Shown here: one piece after another, positions 59,147-64,000 of the stretch
Numbering within the stretch: the stretch's first letter is position 1
Layout of the letters: the number at the start of each line of letters is the position of its first letter
Source of the DNA: Bugula neritina
Lineage: Eukaryota; Animalia; Bryozoa
Direction of reading: 5' to 3'
Assembly: GCA_964035545.1 (NCBI GenBank)
Contig: OZ037771.1
Location: forward strand, 14,755,133-14,819,132
Length of the DNA: 64,000 nt
Made by a program: the position numbers and the translations under genes
The notes under the pieces: model-generated
The model's database searches: none
Seen by the model: only the letters and a program-made list of their open reading frames with translations
What the model was told of the DNA's origin: nothing

Positions 59147-61684
59147 TGCAGCTACTGCAAGTACGTATTGTGTTAGCCTAGGGCCACACGGCGCGTATTT
59201 TCGCATGCGAAAATTGAAATCACAAGTAGCAAAGGTGTCCACTGTAGCGTCAGTGATGCGTGATAAATAAAGTTTTCATTTTTAAATCGCACTCGCTTTC
59301 AATAAAACGCAATTTACTGGAATGTAGCACTAAAATGAAGAAATTAGGCTCACTGAATAACTACCAGCCAATTAGGTGACGACGACAGAGACGATTCGCA
59401 CTTGCGTTGAAAATGCAGAGCGACAAGTGCGAATGTTTTCTCAACGCGCACAGTGGACACCTTTGCTACTTGTGATTTCAATTTTCGCATGCGAAAATAC
59501 GCACCGTGTGGCCCTAGGCTTAGAGGGAGTCACACTTACATACACATCAAGTATTGCATACTGATCATTGAAAATTGATGATAGAATAATTTTAGACACC
59601 AATGAAGCTAAATTTAACATAATATACAATAGTATTTGGCTATTTTTAGCCTAGTATATTTGAATTATTATAGATTTTTAGCAATATGATTTTTAGCCGA
59701 GGATAATTTATTCTATATTCGATTCCACACAAGTAATTCAGAATTGGATATTGAATGGCTCGGAGAAACACTGACAGTGTCTGACAGCTTTTATCCAGAT
59801 TTGAACATCTGGACGTATTACTGTTTGACTGTCTCGATGAGGTTCGGCAATTCGGGTTGGGACTTTAAGGTAAATGGGTCAAAGCGAATCAACTTTGTTT
59901 TTTGAGGTAGCAAACAATAATTACAACTTTGAATTCAAAGCCAGATATACTGTCCAACGTTTTATTTGATGTCTTATAGTTTAATTGCGTACCTATAACT
60001 TTTGTAGATGATGGAAGGAGTCAACTGGCCAAGTCTTCTGTGGACTCTAATATATGACAATTACATCAGAACTGCCCGTTTTCCAAACTCTTTTGTTTCA
60101 GCTAAATTTATCAACACTACCTTTGTTATTTTTAATGACCAGGGTAGTCAATTTGGTGAGTCTTGAAAGTCAAAATGTTCGATAACTAGTATTTACAATG
60201 TTTTACTCCTAAAAATAGCTGAAATCTGCAAATTCAAAATAAAAAAGTTGTGGTGGTTATATATTTTACCATTAAAAATGCTACTCTTTTTCAAGAAGTT
60301 GCACGAAGCACATAATAAATTAACTTTTAAAATGATTTGTACACATGCAGATACACAAAAAACTCTGTTTTCACACGCAACTTGACGCTTGAAAGATTTT
60401 TTAAATTTATTATTGCATAATTTTAAATATTTTTTTAATAACTGTTTCAATGACTGCAGGACATATATAGTAAAATATTAAAGTTAAATATTTAAATGAT
60501 CTATATTGGCCTGAAACTGATTTAAGTGTTTACCCTTATATTATTTTTTTAAATTGACTAATATATATTTTATAGGTGCATTAAAAATTTAGAACCCTTG
60601 TATATGCATGTTGATTTCTGCTGCAAAATACTATTTCTATTAAGATTCTTGAACTCATCTTTAAATACTGTACTTATCACTGACAGCTTTGTTGATTGTT
60701 TTTAAATTTATATTATTACTATGAGATACTGATTTTGTCGATTTCTATTCAACCATTGAACTGGTGAGCCCTGTTATATGTAATCTACCATCACTTTACG
60801 CAACTATATTTGCTGTTTATTAGAATTGCATAGTAACTTTTTGATTCGCTAATCTTGGTTAAATATATAGTTATAAAAACCTCAACACCCAGATAATTTA
60901 ACACTGAAATCAAAATTGTGAAATAAGCCCCACATGCCAATGCATTTTACTCAAATTGAATATAACTTAATTGGCCTTACTGCATTTAGTGACAAGGTTG
61001 AATTTGGCTATGTTCATGCAAATATTTTTTGGTATTTTTATCTGATTTGTAATCGCAAAATTGAAATGAATTCACAGGGGGCTTTTCGGATGATCAAGTG
61101 GCTCTAGGATCAATTTCTTGTCTGAACTTCTGGAGCCGAGCATACACAGAGAATGAGTTGACAGAGTTCTCTGATTGTCTGAGTAAAGGAGATGTATTCA
61201 GTCTGAAACCAGGAGTGGTTACTCTACATGGTGGTATATCTGAAGAGTATGTACCACCTGTGACAACCACTCAACCAACCACTACCATTAGAGGTTCTAC
61301 AACCATTATGCTAACCACCACCATTACCACTATAGGTATGCTAGTTACTGTGAAAAATATGCTATGGTTTTGGCAGGATTAATTTTTAAAACCTATATAT
61401 TTCAATGCACACTTACTTTTGCTGTTTCTATATTCGTTTTATTTAAAGAAACTGCTTGGAATAACTGGCAGAAGGTTCAGAAAGTACCAGAAGTCTGGAA
61501 ATCTGGTCTCGTGGAATATGAATTCAAAGTACCTTCACCTTTAGCCTGTGTCTCTATCTGCTTGATGAACCAATGCAAGGAAGTAAACTATTGTATAGAA
61601 GATGGGATCTGTGAGATGGGGTGGGGTAACTCAACTAGTACTCTGTCTAACTACGCTGGAGCTGTTTACTATGTTTTTGAGTAA
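59126..61684 (+). pseudogene. 5'-truncated copy 4 (end of exon 2 plus intact exons 3-6)
   Basis: 59126-59160 is the tail of exon 2 with its gtacgt donor; exons at ~59698-59869, 60008-60155, 61078-61335 and 61449-61684 are stop-free; promoter, signal exon and most of exon 2 are missing. Confidence 0.75.
59176..59519. mobile_element. 344-bp MITE with ~70-bp TIRs and TTA target-site duplication (PIF/Harbinger, Tourist-like)
   Basis: TTA|gcctagggccacacgg...aaaggtgtccactgt ... acagtggacaccttt...ccgtgtggccctaggc|TTA; paralogous introns at 52912 and 57076 show the empty site gtattgtactagagggag. Confidence 0.92.
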
Positions 61685-63850
61685 ACCGTCTAAACATTAT
61701 AGCTTAGCATCATCGTTATTTACCCAACTTTTTCACTCCTATTGCATTAATACTTTTGTGATAGTTTTTGCATTTGTTCAATGGGGTATTGTCTTTTTAA
61801 TCTTTTATTTTACCTTAAAAATTCTACAAGTACAAAAAATGTGCAAAAACACAACTAAAACTTTTGGTAGTGAAGTTTTCAAATTATATGAAGCTGAAAT
61901 ATCGAATACAAATTGTTGGTATTTTTACTTCTGTTTTGTTGTTTCATAAACATTTGATATTGTTTTTTAATAGTAGCTTGTTGCGTACTAGTATCGAAAA
62001 TATTTAAATATAGTTCATTTTGCAGAACCAAAGTTCTAAAGCTCTATCAATTTTTTTCTATTAAAAAGCAGAAGCTAATGATACAGTCTATTGACTTTTG
62101 CTTAAAAATATTTCAAAGTTACTATAAAATAGAAACCTGCTGTGTCCAAATCGCAAATCTATAAAAGAGCTCTTCACCCATTCTAGTGAAGAACATAATG
62201 AAAATTTATTGCTAAAGCTGTCTCTGAAGCAAGAATCCTATTGGCTCATTATTGCTGCATGAAAACATACAAGTTGTTACAATATAGCAAAATAATTTTA
62301 CCTAGAGATATAAGACATTCAAGGTTTGGTCTTTGTACTATAGGAGAGTTTAACATATTATTATGTATGCAGATTTTGACCAATTCTGGTAAGTTCTAGT
62401 ATATTCTATAGTAAGTTTCAACAGGATCTATAACAAGTTCTAGCAAGTTCTTGTAGGTGCTTATAGCAAGTTCAAAGATAATCTAACTCAGCAAAGCTTT
62501 TACATGCTACATGAGATATCCAATGTCATTTCTAGAAAGCACTGAAGTGTCATCAAATAACTGGCTCTCCAGATTTGAATGTTCGAAGAAAAGGATGCAG
62601 TAGCTTGCATTTTACCAGCCAGCTGGCTTTTCTTATATTGAGTGATTAAGTTACCCTGGATACACTTTCATTGTATACCTGTATCTTAGCAACACATGTT
62701 ACTTTCTCAGCTTGAAATACTAAATTCAATAAACATAAAACCAAAACAAAATAAATTTGTTATAAGACCTCCTAAAACTAAACTTTTGATGCTTTTTGAT
62801 GTTCTATAAATTTTAGAATTGAGGATTAGAGCTAATAAAAACAAGTTAGGTTGTTCTGGTATTGGTTAGACAACTCCGACTGGGAACAAAGAGATAAATA
62901 ATGCAATTATTTAGTTTTGAATAATTGCTGATTCATCTTTTACAGGTTAAATTTTTTAGTTCTGCTATACAAAGTTTATTATACGTAGAAAGAAAGTGTT
63001 GTAACAAAGCTGTTCACTTAAATATTATGTTAATAGCTTCTTACTGTGTGTAAATGAAAGCATTTAGCCAGTGCCAGTCATTTAGCTTATTTATAAATTG
63101 TTAAACAAAATACTAAAAATCTGTAAGTAATGTCAAATTGATTAAAATAGAATTTCTTTTATCTTTATGATTTGCGCCATAACTAAGTGATCCCTTGACA
63201 GTTTCATTCTACAATGTCTACGGCAAGGTGAACAATAGTCGAGCACTTGTTAAATGGGCGGTGCATTTATCAGCTTATCGTGAAGCACATCATCACTATT
63301 ATACGAGGGAGTTGAAGCGTGATGCGTATCATTAGTAGCTAGGTACAGGTAGTCAAAGTGCTACTCACCAGTACATCAAATGCTCGGGAAAGTCTAGTTG
63401 GTTACTCGAGACGGTGGAAACCAGGAAATCTTTCAGATGATGTGGAACTTTCCAGAGAATGATTGCCACGTCACCAAAGTTTAGAAAACGCTGCATAAAA
63501 CATGTCACTCTAAAGAAACTTCACAAAGCTTTTCCAGGTAAGTTGAAGTTTTCTTTATTATGGTATTGAAAAGTGTAATGGAGATGTTTGGTTTTACCAA
63601 GACTAATTTAGAAATATTCACTTTGTTGTAACAATGAAGTAGAGTGATTTCTGGTCAGATGTACATAGATGTGGTAAAAGTTGTTCTTCAATTTCAAGTG
63701 TCTCTTGAGTCAATTGAAAACAGAAATTAAAGGATATGCCAGCATGGTACAACTTTATGCTGTTTTCATATATTTTGCTTATCATTGTTCAATAAAAAAT
63801 ATTATCAGTTGATTTCTTGCTTGCAACTATAATACTTGGGAGCTTTGAGG

Positions 63851-64000
63851 GAGCAGCGGTGGTCTAGAGGGCTTAGTAAATATGAAGTCATAGGTTCGAG
63901 CCGACAAAGGCCATTGATGATGGTAAAAAGAGCGTCCAGTTATAATTGCTCATGTGCACCCTCTGAATAAATATTTAGCTCACTTTAACAAAAAACCCCT
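63851..64000 (+). mobile_element. SINE-like repeat, runs off the window end
   Basis: Shares ggcttagtaaata, gtcat..gttcga, aggccattg, tccagt.ataatt, tctgaataa and cactttaacaaaa with 53067-53260. Confidence 0.6.

Noticed and set aside
63459-63537. Possible first exon of a downstream gene (MIATSPKF... ending ccag|gtaagt)
   Set aside because: Single donor only; no linked exon within the window.

Overview
AT-rich animal (invertebrate-looking) genomic DNA with GT-AG introns; the species cannot be fixed from the window. (1) 154-30705 (+): the C-terminal ~75% of the cytoplasmic dynein 1 heavy chain gene, about 58 exons by hand-splicing, with its 5' end upstream of the window. About 30 of its ~57 introns carry their own private tandem repeat. 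Many repeat units are copies of the adjacent exon end plus donor, or acceptor plus exon start, so they form decoy splice sites. Two introns hide frame-preserving microexon candidates. (2) 30976-33361: a nested three-unit satellite. (3) ~42322-46554 (+): an unrecognised multi-exon gene missed by the ORF track, built from phase-0 exons that mostly carry one copy of a 'V..W(N)..Y' motif. (4) 48105-61684 (+): four tandem paralogues encoding signal peptide + divergent pentraxin + Thr-rich stalk + PAN/apple-like module. A deletion fuses copy 3 to copy 4, the last two exons are homogenised across copies, and a TTA-flanked MITE and tRNA-derived repeats lie in introns and flanks. All gene models are hand-derived; no searches were run.
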